DNA of 63,651 bases, filler included, from Octopus bimaculoides (lineage: Eukaryota), in the NCBI RefSeq assembly GCF_001194135.2. It is 5 parts of 5 records of this genome, joined end to end, with 100 filler letters (N's around TTAATTAATTAA, not from the genome) between each part and the next. Parts side by side here need not be neighbours in the genome. Positions count along the whole stretch, not along the records: positions 40,778 to 56,769 come from NC_068991.1; 4 more parts are not named here. The stretch is one strand, 5' to 3'. Every line of letters starts with the position of its first letter. Within the stretch, counting starts at the first letter, position 1. The notes beneath the pieces were generated by a model. The model searched no databases and was not told the origin of the DNA. It saw nothing but the letters and a program-made list of their open reading frames with translations. Made by a program: the position numbers and the translations under genes. Positions 41,381-56,869 of this stretch are shown one piece after another.

Positions 41381-42739
41381 CACAGACACACAGATAGATA
41401 GATAGCTAGATAGATAGATAGATAGATAGGCACATAGATATACATATGTATGCATATATATATGTGTGAATATGCATACACACGCACTTACATATATATG
41501 TATGTATGTACGTATGTATGCATATATATANNNNNNNNNNNNNNNNNNNNNNNNNNNNNNNNNNNNNTATATATATATATATATCCATGTATGTAGGTAT
41601 AGATTTATAAATATATATGTTTGAGTGTGTGCGTGTGCATATGTGACAGTGATAAAATGGTTTCTTCACGCTTTAAACCCTTTTCAAAACGTTAACGTTA
41701 TTCATCATTTGTGTTTTTAAATCTATATACACATCACATCTCGTTTTTTTTTTCTCTGTTTTTTTCCCCTCTGCGTTTGCTTATTTTTTTTATCATTTGA
41801 TCTGTAGTTTTGATTAATGGTCCCTAAAGCAATCTGTTGCACATATATTATATTGACACATCTATATATAATATTACATAATTTGGAAACAAACAAATGA
41901 TTTCTTTTGATCTATATCTACATATGCCAATTTCACACGCTCTTGTTTATCAGGTTTGCGACAAAATTGAACCGACCTGCTAATATATACTTGCCTATAA
42001 ACGTCAATCTTTCGGAACGCTTTTGAAAATAGATCTGCTCAATCAAAGTTGACTTGGGGCCATACGATAACAACAACAAAAAAGTATAACAACAAACGGT
42101 AACAACCCAATTTCCCTTCGAAACCGATGGTGTATCTTTTACGTGTTCTTTGACGAGCTTCAAATAAGAAATCAATACCTCTCAAATCACACCTTATTTT
42201 TAAAGAAAAAGAACGCATTGTACAAAGTGGTGTTAGATGCATAACGTCTAAATGTAAACAGCTTGGTCATGACTGGAACGCTTTTCATTGATTGTTCACT
42301 TTATCAAAACTGACGTGGGGACTAAAGAACAGCAAAAAAAGGTCTCCATTGTCTTACGAAGTTGTGGAGATCACCGTCTGCCGTCACTCGTCTCCCTTGT
42401 AACTGTAATCAAATCTAATTGGAGATCATCTGCTTCTAGGTACTTTTAATGAACTGAAACCGGTGTGGTAGCAATAGCGTAGGAGACAGACCAGCGTTGT
42501 AGTCTGTTAGTGGGTAAATATTTATGAATCAGTCGAATGATTATTCTGTTATTTTTCTTGTATACCATTACATCTGTGCATCTCAAACTCTCAAATGTCC
42601 AGTTATATAGCCGACAGTTAAAGTTAATCTCATCTTGCAACCATAGCATCTTTAGATCATTCAATCATTCAAAATAATACTATTTTTGCTTGTATATTTC
42701 CATCCATCCTTCTCACTATTCCTTGAAGGATAGTGTGGA

Positions 42740-42900
42740 TAGTCTCCTCAAGCATCTGCCCCATAATGTCCTATCAGAAGCAACCGTCATTAAAATATCC
42801 TGTTGGGTTCCCAAGCGTGGTCAATTGAGACTGGATATTCTCCAACCATCTCACCTTAGTTCTACCCTTAGGTCTCCTCTAGGTTGACTCATCTTGGAGG
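42740..42900 (-). mobile_element. RTE-type LINE 3' remnant
   Basis: The minus strand gives RPKGRTKVRWLENIQ and ASDRTLW, matching the RTE C-terminal RPRGRPxxRW..AxDRxxW pattern. Confidence 0.55.
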
Positions 42901-44151
42901 ATTTGTCTTCCGCATCTTCTCTGCAACATTCTAATCCTCGATATTTAAGCCAGGCACCTTTAGACGAACCCGATTTGTATTGCTTGTATTCAGGATTGAA
43001 CTCTTTCAATCATTACCCAGCATTCGTTTTACTATAAGAGAGGATAAGCAAGACAGTTAAATGTAACAATCTAAGGATCAGAATGTATAATAATTTCAAG
43101 TCACTTTTCTCTCTTATAAATTAGACTTCTCGTGTTCACACCTTTTCTCAGACAAAAGTCAACATAAATTTCATTTTCACTATCAACAACAACGTATTTC
43201 CAATATAGGTAGCCATTTTATCTTTTAATCATTCATTTATGAAATCATAATCATTAGTAATAGACAATAAGCAACAGAAACTGATAAACACAGAACTTTA
43301 AATCTAAAAAGGCTACAAGATTTTATAGATATATTTAATTCCGTTACTTTAGATTCAATTAATGACCCACCATCAATTATATAATATAATTAAATAACTA
43401 TTGGACTAACAACTTCAAATTTAGTTTTAAACCAAATTATCAAATTTCATTTCATGTGTTTTACCGTAGTTAACTTCATAAAAGATAATTCTTCAGTCTC
43501 TTGTAACTAAACAGATTACACCTCCAGACTTTGCAATCTAGTATTTTATCGAAACTATATTTTAATTCACATTAAATTTGCCTTATTATAATGTACTAAA
43601 GCCGTTAGAAAACCGACTATAGCAGCGACTCCATCAATTCCTAGGGATATCTGAGGAAGGAATTTTATTCCGAAATATTATCAGACTACGGATGGTTAAA
43701 TTACAACAGGCATATAGCCTGTTGTTTGTATTATAGCGCATTGTTGCACCATTTGAAGGACTTTTTTACATGATGTAATAATTTTATTCATCAATAAAGA
43801 ACGTGTTTGAAACGGCTGTAGGGAACCTCAATCTGTTTTATTGTTTATACTTCATTACACACAGAACCTTCTCTGCGCTGAATCTTGAGCTTAACGTGGA
43901 CCGCGGAAAGCGTGCCGGAGTGTATTCCGGCGTGCCTTTACGTATATGCTGTATATTTGGCCCATACTTGTGAATACATGCGTAAATGGAAGGACAAATC
44001 CGCACTTAGTCTAGTATGCACGTGCGTGTCTGTACACACCGTTAGAGCGCAGGTGTGCTACCCCCGACTCTACCTTGGTGTCTTTGTTATTCAAATACCT
44101 TAATTCTATCGGATATTGAAAAATGTTATTGTATACACACACACACATACG

Positions 44152-44188
<37 letters not shown>

Positions 44189-44404
44189 ACACATAGACAT
44201 ACATGCATACGTAATCATATACATATACATTTATAGATAGATATGTGTATATACGTATATATGTGTATATATATCTATGTATAAATCTATATATATTTAT
44301 GTAACTATATGTGTGTGTGCGTGTGTGTGTTTGTGTGTCTGTGTGTGTGTATGTATGTATTTATATATGTACGTATGCAAAGAGGCAGAGATAAACAGAT
44401 AGAT

Positions 44405-44490
<86 letters not shown>

Positions 44491-46311
44491 ACAGACACAT
44501 GTGTGTGCGTGTTTGTACGTCTGTGTGCGGGAGGTATCTGTGTGAGTGCGTCTGTCTGTGCACGTAACCTTTCCAAATCATTATATATTATCAGCTCTCC
44601 AAAATCAATATTCCGCAATTAACCTCCACCTGTTATCTCCACACTTCCACTCTCCCACAAGATTGAATGCCATTAAATGCAATGTTTGCGTACATATCCT
44701 TCCATCTAAAATATATTACCCGTTATAAATATTAAGTTACTTAACAAAAGCAAAGATACTTGTTCCATTTATCAAATTATTTTGTATATTTTAAATTAAC
44801 TGTTGTTTTACAATTAATCTAGTTATCCTAAATCTTTTAAGGCAGTTAATTCTAATAAGTGTAAACATGNNNNNNNNNNNNNNNNNNNNNNNNNNNNNNN
44901 NNNNNNNNNNNNNNNNNNNNNNNNNNNNNNNNNNNNNNNNNNNNNNNNNNNNNNNNNNNNNNNNNNNNNNNNNNNNNNNNNNNNNNNNNNNNNNNNNNNN
45001 NNNNNNNNNNNNNNNNNNNNNNNNNNNNNNNNNNNNNNNNNNNNNNNNNNNNNNNNNNNNNNNNNNNNNNNNNNNNNNNNNNNNNNNNNNNNNNNNNNNN
45101 NNNNNNNNNNNNNNNNNNNNNNNNNNNNNNNNNNNNNNNNNNNNNNNNNNNNNNNNNNNNNNNNNNNNNNNNNNNNNNNNNNNNNNNNNNNNNNNNNNNN
45201 NNNNNNNNNNNNNNNNNNNNNNNNNNNNNNNNNNNNNNNNNNNNNNNNNNTATATATATATATATATATTGATACATATGTGTGCATAAATTACACGGAC
45301 ACACACATAAATATTTTTTTTTAATTTTTACAGGAAAAATGTTGACAGTGACAACAAATTTTTGGTTTTATGTAGTTTTTGGCAACGCGATGTGCAATAA
45401 TGGGAATGAGAATTGGGTGTGATGTGAGCAGACAGAAAATGTCGACCAAAAGGAGGAATAGAGAACGCCTGTGCCCATGCCGGAGCACTGCATTAAAAGG
45501 TTTAGTTGGAGAAATCGACGCTAGTACTGATTCTTTTAAATCTGACACTAATTTTATTGGTCTCTTTTACCTAACTGCTAAGTTACGAACAAATCAACAC
45601 CGGTTGGCAAGCGGTTGGTGTCGGGGAGACAAATAAACGAACCCACACACACACATACACACATATATACGACGTGCTTCAACACTATTTCCAGCAACAG
45701 ATTTCATTTACAAGGCAGTAGCCGAATTTAAAGACATTCGCACCATTTCGAATGAAATGGAAAGAATAGAACCAAATTATGTATACTTTTTGAAGAATAC
45801 GAAAACATTACGAAAATTATTGTTTACGGTGAATGGATGTGTAATAAAATGAATAAGAAAACACTTTAAAAGGTGCTCGAATCACTAGGGTGGACTTTGA
45901 TTTCTATCTCACAATTTCATACCAAGACCCTAACCGCTTTGGTCCGTCCCCCAGACTTAAGCTGAAAATGTTCAGAAAACAGCCATCTTTTTCTTTATAA
46001 TTTCAAAAGAATCGGGTTGGTCTTAATACGTTTATATATATTTGTACGGATTAGCTCTCTGTGTATTTGTGTGTGTGAGTGTGCGTGTGTTTGTGTGTGT
46101 CTGTATGTGTGTTTGTGTGTGTATGTGTGCGTGTGTGCGTGCGTTTGTGTTTGCATGTCTTTGTTTCTGATGGTCGCTTGTATTTACTTGTGTGTAAATG
46201 CATAAGTATCTGCATATATACATACATACGCATATATATATATACATGTATGTATACTTATATATATTAATATATACGTATATATACATATATATGGATA
46301 TATATGATATA

Positions 46312-46344
<33 letters not shown>

Positions 46345-47084
46345 NNNNNNNNNNNNNNNNNNNNNNNNNNNNNNNNNNNNNNNNNNNNNNNNNNNNNNNN
46401 NNNNNNNNNNNNNNNNNNNNNNNNNNNNNNNNNNNNNNNNNNNNNNNNNNNNNNNNNNNNNNNNNNNNNNNNNNNNNNNNNNNNNNNNNNNNNNNNNNNN
46501 NNNNNNNNNNNNNNNNNNNNNNNNNNNNNNNNNNNNNNNNNNNNNNNNNNNNNNNNNNNNNNNNNNNNNNNNNNNNNNNNNNNNNNNNNNNNNNNNNNNN
46601 NNNNNNNNNNNNNNNNNNNNNNNNNNNNNNNNNNNNNNNNNNNNNNNNNNNNNNNNNNNNNNNNNNNNNNNNNNNNNNNNNNNNNNNNNNNNNNNNNNNN
46701 NNNNNNNNNNNNNNNNNNNNNNNNNNNNNNNNNNNNNNNNNNNNNNNNNNNNNNNNNNNNNNNNNNNNNNNNNNNNNNNNNNNNNNNNNNNNNNNNNNNN
46801 NNNNNNNNNNNNNNNNNNNNNNNNNNNNNNNNNNNNNNNNNNNNNNNNNNNNNNNNNNNNNNNNNNNNNNNNNNNNNNNNNNNNNNNNNNNNNNNNNNNN
46901 NNNNNNNNNNNNNNNNNNNNNNNNNNNNNNNNNNNNNNNNNNNNNNNNNNNNNNNNNNNNNNNNNNNNNNNNNNNNNNNNNNNNNNNNNNNNNNNNNNNN
47001 NNNNNNNNNNNNNNNNNNNNNNNNNNNNNNNNNNNNNNNNNNNNNNNNNNNNNNNNNNNNNNNNNNNNNNNNNNNNNNNNNNNN

Positions 47085-47115
<31 letters not shown>

Positions 47116-48459
47116 TGTAAGTGTGTTAATATTTCTGATCGTTCGTGCGTGTTTAAAAGAAAACTGGCCTACGGGTAATTGCCTTTTATTGAATCTATCG
47201 AAACATCGATGAAAGGGAAAATAACACTGGACTACATATATCTGTGTATACATGTGTATATATATAGAGAGAGAGAGATAAATAGATGGATACATACATA
47301 CACACATAGATACATACGTACAGAAGCATATGCATGTACATACACACATAATATAGACATACATACACACATACATATATACATACATGCATACATACAT
47401 ACATATATACATGCATACGTACATACATATATACATACATACATACATACATACATACATGCATGCATACATACATATAGACAGGCGCGTATATATGAAC
47501 AGACATATATCTATATACACATATACCCACATACATACCTACATATATGTATGCATACATATACTTTGTTCATATTTTACATATATATATAGAGAGAGAG
47601 AGAGAGAGTTAGAGAAAGTTCGAAAGAGAAAGAGATGGATATATATATACATATATATNNNNNNNNNNNNNNNNNNNNNNNNNNNNNNNNNNNNNNNNNN
47701 NNNNNNNNNNNNNNNNNNNNNNNNNNNNNNNNNNNNNNNNNNNNNNNNNNNNNNNNNNNNNNNNNNNNNNNNNNNNNNNNNNNNNNNNNNNNNNNNNNNN
47801 NNNNNNNNNNNNNNNNNNNNNNNNNNNNNNNNNNNNNNNNNNNNNNNNNNNNNNNNNNNNNNNNNNNNNNNNNNNNNNNNNNNNNNNNNNNNNNNNNNNN
47901 NNNNNNNNNNNNNNNNNNNNNNNNNNNNNNNNNNNNNNNNNNNNNNNNNNNNNNNNNNNNNNNNNNNNNNNNNNNNNNNNNNNNNNNNNNNNNNNNNNNN
48001 NNNNNNNNNNNNNNNNNNNNNNNNNNNNNNNNNNNNNNNNNNNNNNNNNNNNNNNNNNNNNNNNNNNNNNNNNNNNNNNNNNNNNNNNNNNNNNNNNNNN
48101 NNNNNNNNNNNNNNNNNNNNNNNNNNNNNNNNNNNNNNNNNNNNNNNNNNNNNNNNNNNNNNNNNNNNNNNNNNNNNNNNNNNNNNNNNNNNNNNNNNNN
48201 NNNNNNNNNNNNNNNNNNNNNNNNNNNNNNNNNNNNNNNNNNNNNNNNNNNNNNNNNNNNNNNNNNNNNNNNNNNNNNNNNNNNNNNNNNNNNNNNNNNN
48301 NNNNNNNNNNNNNNNNNNNNNNNNNNNNNNNNNNNNNNNNNNNNNNNNNNNNNNNNNNNNNNNNNNNNNNNNNNNNNNNNNNNNNNNNNNNNNNNNNNNN
48401 NNNNNNNNNNNNNNNNNNNNNNNGCGTGAATACTTGAATGCACGCGTATATATTGATAT

Positions 48460-48519
<60 letters not shown>

Positions 48520-49140
48520 CCACTTCCTTATATTCACAGGATATTTAATACAAACTTACACACATACACACATCTGCACGGGTCATCGAGGACGTTTCAG
48601 CGGTGTCACTTGATCCGCTGGGAATATGAGCTAAGTCGCTTTTTAATTCAAATTGAATACTTTGATGTCTTAGGAGATGAAGACACATTAACATAAGTAT
48701 CATACTGGAACGTAAAACTAAGATGGTTACGTTCTGCTATACTTTATATCATGGATCAGCAACAAGTGGTCTGCCGCCTCTGAGTGAACCACTGTAGTGT
48801 TTTTTTCTGAATCAGGGTCATTTTCTAAACGTTTTTCAAAGTTAAATCATTTGTGCGTCAATTCTTTTTGTGATGGCTATGTGATTAAAGAGGTTGCTTT
48901 GCAACCACCTGGTTTTGGATTCTGTCCCAGTGGGTGACCCCTTGGGCATGTGTCTTCAACTATTGCCCCGAGCAGACCAATGCCTTGAGAATGAATTTGT
49001 AGGAGGAAACAATGTGTAAGTCCATCGTCTATATGTTTTTGTGAGTATATGTGTATTTGTGTGTGTGTGTGTGTTCATGTTTCTGCGCGTTTGTGTATGT
49101 ATGTGTTTGTTTGCTCGCGCACGGGTTTATGTGTATGTGT

Positions 49141-49210
49141 GTCATCTACATTTACTGGGTAAGGAGTCATCTACATTTACTGGGTAAGGAGTCATCTACA
49201 TTTACTGGGT
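49141..49210. repeat. 25-bp tandem repeat GTCATCTACATTTACTGGGTAAGGA, ~2.8 copies
   Basis: Units start at 49141, 49166 and 49191. Confidence 0.9.
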
Positions 49211-49289
49211 TCTCTCTGTTTAGACGGTCAGTTAAGAGTGCTTCGTGAGGTTTTGAAGGGGTTTATGAAAACGTTTCGTCTCAAAAGCT

Positions 49290-49695
49290 CAGAACTGCCG
49301 CACTCGGGTCGGTGACATTGGCACAAGGACAAGCACCGGTCCATAATTTCATCCTGGTAACCAACTGACCGACAGAGATGCGGATCACAAATGTTTTTCA
49401 CCCTCCGTATTGTCCAGACTTTACTCCCTAACTTTTGATTGCTTATCAAGATCAAGGAGCGCCTCGGGGACAGTTGTTTTGAAGTCACTGAGAAAATGAA
49501 GGAGGCGGTGACATGGGCCCTGGGCTCCTTCATTTTGAAGGACTTCCGTGGATCCTTCACGGAGTGGCTGAATCGCTACAAGTGCATTGAAGTCAGAGTA
49601 TCCTACTTTGGAGGAGTTTAGTTTTCTGTACTTCTTTGAAATTAATAAAGGTCTTGTCTGAAAAAAAGTCGCAAAACTTCTGGAATGCACCTTAT
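49290..49695 (+). mobile_element. Mariner transposase 3' remnant with terminal repeat
   Basis: Degenerate HPPYCPDFTP (HPPYSPDLAP motif), then KIKERLG..MKEAVT..WLNRYKCIEV..YF, then a TIR-like AAAACTTCTGGAATGCACCTTATA. Confidence 0.7.
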
Positions 49696-49963
49696 ATGGC
49701 TAACTAGAAAGATAGATAGAGAGAGAAAGAAGAGAGAAAAGAAAGAGGGAGAGAGACAAGGGAGAAAGACGGGCATAAATACATACATATATTCATATAT
49801 AAATACATACATGCATACGTACATACATACACACACACATACATACATACATACATACATACATACATACATACATACTTGGACACATAAATACATAGAA
49901 ACATAGAAACACGCACACACAAAGTCAATCATATATATATGCATGCATACATACTCACAAATA

Positions 49964-50001
<38 letters not shown>

Positions 50002-51099
50002 GCATGCATATATACATCCATATGCACATATACACGCGTTTATCCTTTATCATAATTTCCGATTCATGCCTGTCGTGATACTGTTCCCAGGAGAATCCGC
50101 AGGCCAGATCAGTATTGATCTCTCTAATGTCTGTTACGATTTCTTTCATTACACGTGTCTACGTATGCGTACGTGCGTGCGCGTGTATGTATGCATCTGT
50201 ATACACATGGTTATATATATATGTCTATATATATATATTATGCATGTATGCATCTGTATATGTATATGTATATGTGTGCGTGTGTGCGTATGTGTTTAAG
50301 TTTGTATGAGTACAGTGTGCTTGATGTGTAAGAATGAATATACGTATGCGAACCTCTGCGTCCGTATCTGTATGTGCACGAGAGAAAGTGAAAATGAAAG
50401 TGAAAGTGATGAAATGACCGTGTCTGTGCATGTACGTTATGTATGTTTGCGTATGTGTGTGTGCGTGTATGCCTGTTTGCATCTGTACTTCTGTGTGTGT
50501 ATGATCATATGTGTATGTGTATGTGGTGTTGAGCAGCTATCATTGGAGTCGCTTTTTGTAACGCTTGGGTAGGTTGTCAGAGCGAAAAGCCTTATTACAA
50601 ACAAGAGTCTGCCTGAGAGCCAGCGGCCGGCGCTGTCTCATTTGATGAATGGCGCTAGTCAGATGAACGTACTTTATCAACAAACCCTTTCGTTTACACA
50701 ACGCCTCTTTTCCACTTCTCCTCTTCCTCTTCCTCTTTCCCTACCACTTCCATTTTTTTTTTACTCCAACCCTGTTCTCCTCCTCCTCCTGCTCCTCCTA
50801 CCCCTTCGTATTCTTCATATTCTTCATCTAATTCTTCTAATTCTTCTTCATGAACTTCTACCTCTTCCTACTCGCCCCGCATCCCTCCCCTCTTCCCACC
50901 ATGCCACAGCACCTTTACCTCCCACTTTACACCCAACCCTATCCTATACCTCCAACACCTTTCCACCCTCTCAACCATTCCAACCACTCGCCGCCCCCCC
51001 CCCACCTTGCACACCACCCTCTATACAGCCCCCTTTCTCTCTTCATTTATTATTCATCAAGAATTTTCTTTACGATTTCACTGTATTATATCTGCTGGT

Positions 51100-51535
51100 G
51101 CTGGCTTCTGTCGTTGTTGTTGTTGTTGCTGGTGTTGTTGTTGTTGTTATGGTGATGATGGTGGCATTACCGATGGTGTTGGTAGTGGTGGTCGCGGCCG
51201 TTGTCACTGTTTTATCTTGCAGCTGCGACCGCTGATGTTGTTGTTTTTATTGCTGTTGTTCTACTTCTTGTTGTTATTGTTGCCATCATAGATATTGCTG
51301 CTGTCCATGTTGTTGCTGCTGCTGTTGTTGCAGTTCTCTTTGTTGTTGTTCTTGTTGTTCTTGTTCTTGTTGCAGCTTTTGGACTCGTGACTGATTTGTT
51401 TTAATGTTTGCTTATTGTTAGATCTTTTTTTTTTTGTATTGTTTTTCGTGCTGTCGATCTCGTAGTTGTTGTTGCTGCGGTTATTGTCAACGTTGTCGTT
51501 GTTGTTGTCATTGTTGTTGTTGCTGGTTTAACAGT
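51100..51535. repeat. Degenerate (GTT/GCT)n low-complexity tract
   Basis: Direct reading; the source of spurious hydrophobic ORFs. Confidence 0.8.
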
Positions 51536-53333
51536 ANNNNNNNNNNNNNNNNNNNNNNNNNNNNNNNNNNNNNNNNNNNNNNNNNNNNNNNNNNNNNNNN
51601 NNNNNNNNNNNNNNNNNNNNNNNNNNNNNNNNNNNNNNNNNNNNNNNNNNNNNNNNNNNNNNNNNNNNNNNNNNNNNNNNNNNNNNNNNNNNNNNNNNNN
51701 NNNNNNNNNNNNNNNNNNNNNNNNNNNNNNNNNNNNNNNNNNNNNNNNNNNNNNNNNNNNNNNNNNNNNNNNNNNNNNNNNNNNNNNNNNNNNNNNNNNN
51801 NNNNNNNNNNNNNNNNNNNNNNNNNNNNNNNNNNNNNNNNNNNNNNNNNNNNNNNNNNNNNNNNNNNNNNNNNNNNNNNNNNNNNNNNNNNNNNNNNNNN
51901 NNNNNNNNNNNNNNNNNNNNNNNNNNNNNNNNNNNNNNNNNNNNNNNNNNNNNNNNNNNNNNNNNNNNNNNNNNNNNNNNNNNNNNNNNNNNNNNNNNNN
52001 NNNNNNNNNNNNNNNNNNNNNNNNNNNNNNNNNNNNNNNNNNNNNNNNNNNNNNNNNNNNNNNNNNNNNNNNNNNNNNNNNNNNNNNNNNNNNNNNNNNN
52101 NNNNNNNNNNNAAATATATATATATATATGTATGTATATATGTATGTATATGTTTATATACGTGTATATTTTTCATTTTTTCATTTTATATATACATATA
52201 TACATATATATATACATATATACAAATATATATATATATATGTATGTATGTATATTAACAGACATATATACACGCATGCGTACATAAACACATACAACAC
52301 GTACATGCGCACACATAAAGAAAGCTGTGCATGCGCATAGGTCGAAAAATAGACATGATAGATAGTTCGACTGATCGATACACTTATTTACATACGTATG
52401 TCCATTCATGCATTCATACATTCACACATACATACATATGTACGTACATACGTACATACATACATGCAAGTATACGTATATGTAATCGTCCACACGCACA
52501 TGAATCGTGCATCCACGCATATACACACACGTACACGCCCACACGCACAAGTGTATAATTTGTGCACACAAACACACATACGCACACATACAAACGTTAT
52601 TAACCGTTCACAAACATAAGCACACATTTACCTTCTTTCTGCTCCTTGGTTTATTAATTCGCTTTTGCAAATGGATCTAAGTTTGAGGCTAAAAGAAGGA
52701 TGATTAGTCGTGTCAAATGGTTAAACGAACGCACACATACACACATATCTAAATACAAGCATACAGATATACATAATACAAAAATATATACATACATACG
52801 TACATACATACATATATATATATATATATNNNNNNNNNNNNNNNNNNNNNNNNNNNNNNNNNNNNNNNNNNNNNNNNNNNNNNNNNNNNNNNNNNNNNNN
52901 NNNNNNNNNNNNNNNNNNNNNNNNNNNNNNNNNNNNNNNNNNNNNNNNNNNNNNNNNNNNNNNNNNNNNNNNNNNNNNNNNNNNNNNNNNNNNNNNNNNN
53001 NNNNNNNNNNNNNNNNNNNNNNNNNNNNNNNNNNNNNNNNNNNNNNNNNNNNNNNNNNNNNNNNNNNNNNNNNNNNNNNNNNNNNNNNNNNNNNNNNNNN
53101 NNNNNNNNNNNNNNNNNNNNNNNNNNNNNNNNNNNNNNNNNNNNNNNNNNNNNNNNNNNNNNNNNNNNNNNNNNNNNNNNNNNNNNNNNNNNNNNNNNNN
53201 NNNNNNNNNNNNNNNNNNNNNNNNNNNNNNNNNNNNNNNNNNNNNNNNNNNNNNNNNNNNNNNNNNNNNNNNNNNNNNNNNNNNNNNNNNNNNNNNNNNN
53301 NNNNNNNNNNNNNNNNNNNNNNNNNNNNNNNNN

Positions 53334-53378
<45 letters not shown>

Positions 53379-54164
53379 GTATGTATATATGTGTGTGTGT
53401 GTGTGTGCGTATATATATGCATGTATGTATGTATGTATGTATGTATGTATATATAATTATGCATTTGTGTTTATCCTATCAGTATATGGTTGTATTGAGG
53501 TGGACGTTACTGCTAAATAGCTAAACGAACATATTTATACATATAAACAAATACACGCACACCCACAAACACACACACACACACATATAACATATATATA
53601 TAATGTATTTATACATATATATGTATGTGTGTGAGTGTGCGTATGTAAGTATTAACGGTGTATATTTGTATTCAGATAGATCGTTCCTCGGGCGTATATG
53701 CAAGATGGTTTAATTGTTTTCCACTTCATTTAAAAAACGAAATGACCACATCTCATCAAATTCTTAGATGATGTCATTTTGATGCAAGATGGAAAATTGA
53801 ATCCGAATAAATTTGTTATATAAAGAAACGAATGATTCGTGACGCTCGGCCCACCAGTTCGCACCGCAATTAATTGTCTAGCAATGACCGCAGCATGTAC
53901 CACTTCTGCGGTTTGATATTGATTTACAACTAAAGTATTGTGCTGTGTATTTTGCGAGTGTTTCATTTAAATATTACTTTATTCTTCTTACTTAAACGCA
54001 GGTCTTTCTATTATAAGCCCATGGCTATAATGGGGGCTAATCGATTACATTAAGCCCAGTGATTAACTACTAATTATCTCATCGACCTCGAAAACATGAA
54101 AGGCTAAGATTTTGGGTGCAGGAGAGAATCAATTGTACCGATCCCAGTCTTATATATATATATA

Positions 54165-54213
<49 letters not shown>

Positions 54214-54765
54214 NNNNNNNNNNNNNNNNNNNNNNNNNNNNNNNNNNNNNNNNNNNNNNNNNNNNNNNNNNNNNNNNNNNNNNNNNNNNNNNNNNNNNNN
54301 NNNNNNNNNNNNNNNNNNNNNNNNNNNNNNNNNNNNNNNNNNNNNNNNNNNNNNNNNNNNNNNNNNNNNNNNNNNNNNNNNNNNNNNNNNNNATAGAGGA
54401 ATATATTGTTTTGTTTGAAAGAGTTCCAACACTGTCTGTTTTTTATGTTTTATTTATATTCCTGCAGAACCAATGTGGGGTATAGAATATGGAATATACA
54501 ATATATGATATAATATACAATATATAATATAAAATAAAATAAAATAAAAATGGATGGCACCATGAAATAAAGTATTGAATGTAGTTGAAATATTGAGTGT
54601 TCAATATAAAGGATCAAATATATAAATATAAATATAAATATATAAAGGCGACTCGAGTTTCAGGGCTATTTCCCTTCGTCATGGCCGGTATGACAGACTT
54701 TAACATATATATATATATGCTTGTATATTTGCATAATTGTCTATACGCACATATGCACAGACACA

Positions 54766-54803
<38 letters not shown>

Positions 54804-55263
54804 TATATACGATAGGCTTTCCGTCTGCCAGACTCACTCACAATGCCCTAGGCCACCCGGGCCCATCATAGCAAATGTATCTGCACAAAGCTACGTGGCT
54901 GGAAAGCTAGCTTCTTAATCTCAAAGTCATGCTAGCGCCTATGATAAAAAGGAAAAGAACATCTGTCAATGATAGTATGCAACATGATCAAGCTAAAGCC
55001 GTCTTGATTGCCAAGAAAATTTCCAACCCACTCGGCTCTGCCTCCGTCATCGATACTTATAAAGTGATGGGATGGCTATGAGCGGAACGTCTTTGATCAT
55101 GTATCCATCTACTTACTATATCTGTACTTAATCGTGGTTAAACATCAACTGCAACAAATTGCACTTTTCTACGAATTTAGCTATTATCGAACTGAACTGT
55201 CCCTTATTTTTGGAAAACCATCTTGAAAAAGTGACTTTATACTTGCAATATTCTAACATATTT

Positions 55264-55700
55264 AAGGCGGTGAGCTGGCAGAAACGTTAGCACGCCGGGT
55301 GAAATGCTTAGCGGTATTTCGTCTGCCGTTACGTTCTGAGTTCAAATTCCACCGATATCGACTTTGCCTTTCATCCATTCGAGGTCGATAAATTAATTAC
55401 CAGTTACGCACTGGAGTCGATGTAATCGACTTAATGCCTTTGTCTGTCCTTGTTTGTCCCCTCTATGTCTAGCCCCTTGTGGGCAATAAAGAAGTAAGAA
55501 ACGTTAGCACGCCGGGCGAAATGCTTAGCGGTATTTCGTCTGCCGCTACGTTCTAAGTTCAAATTCCACCGAGATCGACTTTGCCTTTCGTCCTTTCGGG
55601 GTCGATATATCAAGTACCAATTACGTACAGGGGACGATCTAATCGACTGGCCACCTCCCTCAAAATTTCGGGCCTTGTGCCTAGAGTAGAAACCAATATT
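55264..55700 (+). mobile_element. Dimeric Meta-like-domain SINE
   Basis: Same two-unit layout and linker as 29987-30385. Confidence 0.8.
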
Positions 55701-55849
55701 CTAACGTCTTCATGGAGAATCGAGTTACAGAGTTTTCCGAATATATTTTGTTTTTGAATCTGGTGTTTGGTCCCAGGTCAACCATAATCAATGACATTCC
55801 GACCGCGGTCAAACTGTCGTTTTAGCCACATCTCTATATTTTTATTCTT

Positions 55850-56070
55850 TTAACTTGTTTCAGTCATTTGAGTGCTGCCATGCTGGAGCACCGCCTTAAA
55901 GTGTTTTTTTTTAATCGAAGAAATCGATCGAAGGACTTATTCTTTGTAAGCCTAGTACTTATTCTATCGGTCTCTTTAGCCGAAAAGCTAAGTTACAATG
56001 ACGTAAACACACCAACATCGGTTCTCAAGCGATGATGGGAAGACAAACACAGGCACAAAGACCCACACAC
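55850..56070 (-). mobile_element. Composite-SINE tail
   Basis: ACTTGTTTCAGTCATTTG..GCTGGAGCACCGCCTT..TATTCTATCGGTCTC..ACATCGGTT. Confidence 0.7.
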
Positions 56071-56724
56071 ACGCGATCGAACGTACACGTTTTAGGACGT
56101 CAGGGTGTGATATAGGGACGAAGATACCAACAGCTTGTAGCATATTCATCGACCATTTCAAAGTTATGTATTTGGCCCAATTAACTGACCTATGTAAGGG
56201 ATTGAAAGTACTTAAAGATTGTTTGCTAGCATGGTTGAAGTCCAAGAACTGAATCCAGTTAAGTTACTATAAGAAATGTGTTTTTAGTTGTTGAACAACC
56301 ATTTGTATATTCAGCTGTTGTTGTTGCCTGAGGTGCGCCAAAAATATCATCTTAGTTTGTATACTTAATTTTATATTACCCAATGTATCTTCCATCTTTT
56401 GTTTTTTAGACTCTGATGTGTGATTTCTTGGAGGTTTTGCTATTATATCTAGTATTTCGAGCGATTGTGTAGTAGTTTGTTGCTAGTTCGTTAAGATCTT
56501 ATGTTCAGTGAAGACGAAGGAGAAAATAGACAAACAGAATGTGTCATTAAAGGAAGTTATGAGAGCTTATTCAAAGTATACTGAAATACACACACACACA
56601 CATGCACACATATATCAAATATATCACATATGTACATAAATACATGCATACTACATACATATGTACATATATGTGTGTATGTATGTGTTTACATATATAC
56701 GAACAGAGATGTGTATATAACAAC

Positions 56725-56769
<45 letters not shown>

Positions 56770-56869
56770 NNNNNNNNNNNNNNNNNNNNNNNNNNNNNNN
56801 NNNNNNNNNNNNNTTAATTAATTAANNNNNNNNNNNNNNNNNNNNNNNNNNNNNNNNNNNNNNNNNNNN
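56770..56869. other. Artificial 100-bp scaffold linker
   Basis: TTAATTAATTAA at 56814-56825 between N runs. Confidence 0.9.

Noticed and set aside
50642-51404. Hydrophobic 197-aa and neighbouring ORFs that look like membrane proteins
   Set aside because: They derive from (CTC/CTT)n and (GTT)n low-complexity tracts, with no splice or domain support.
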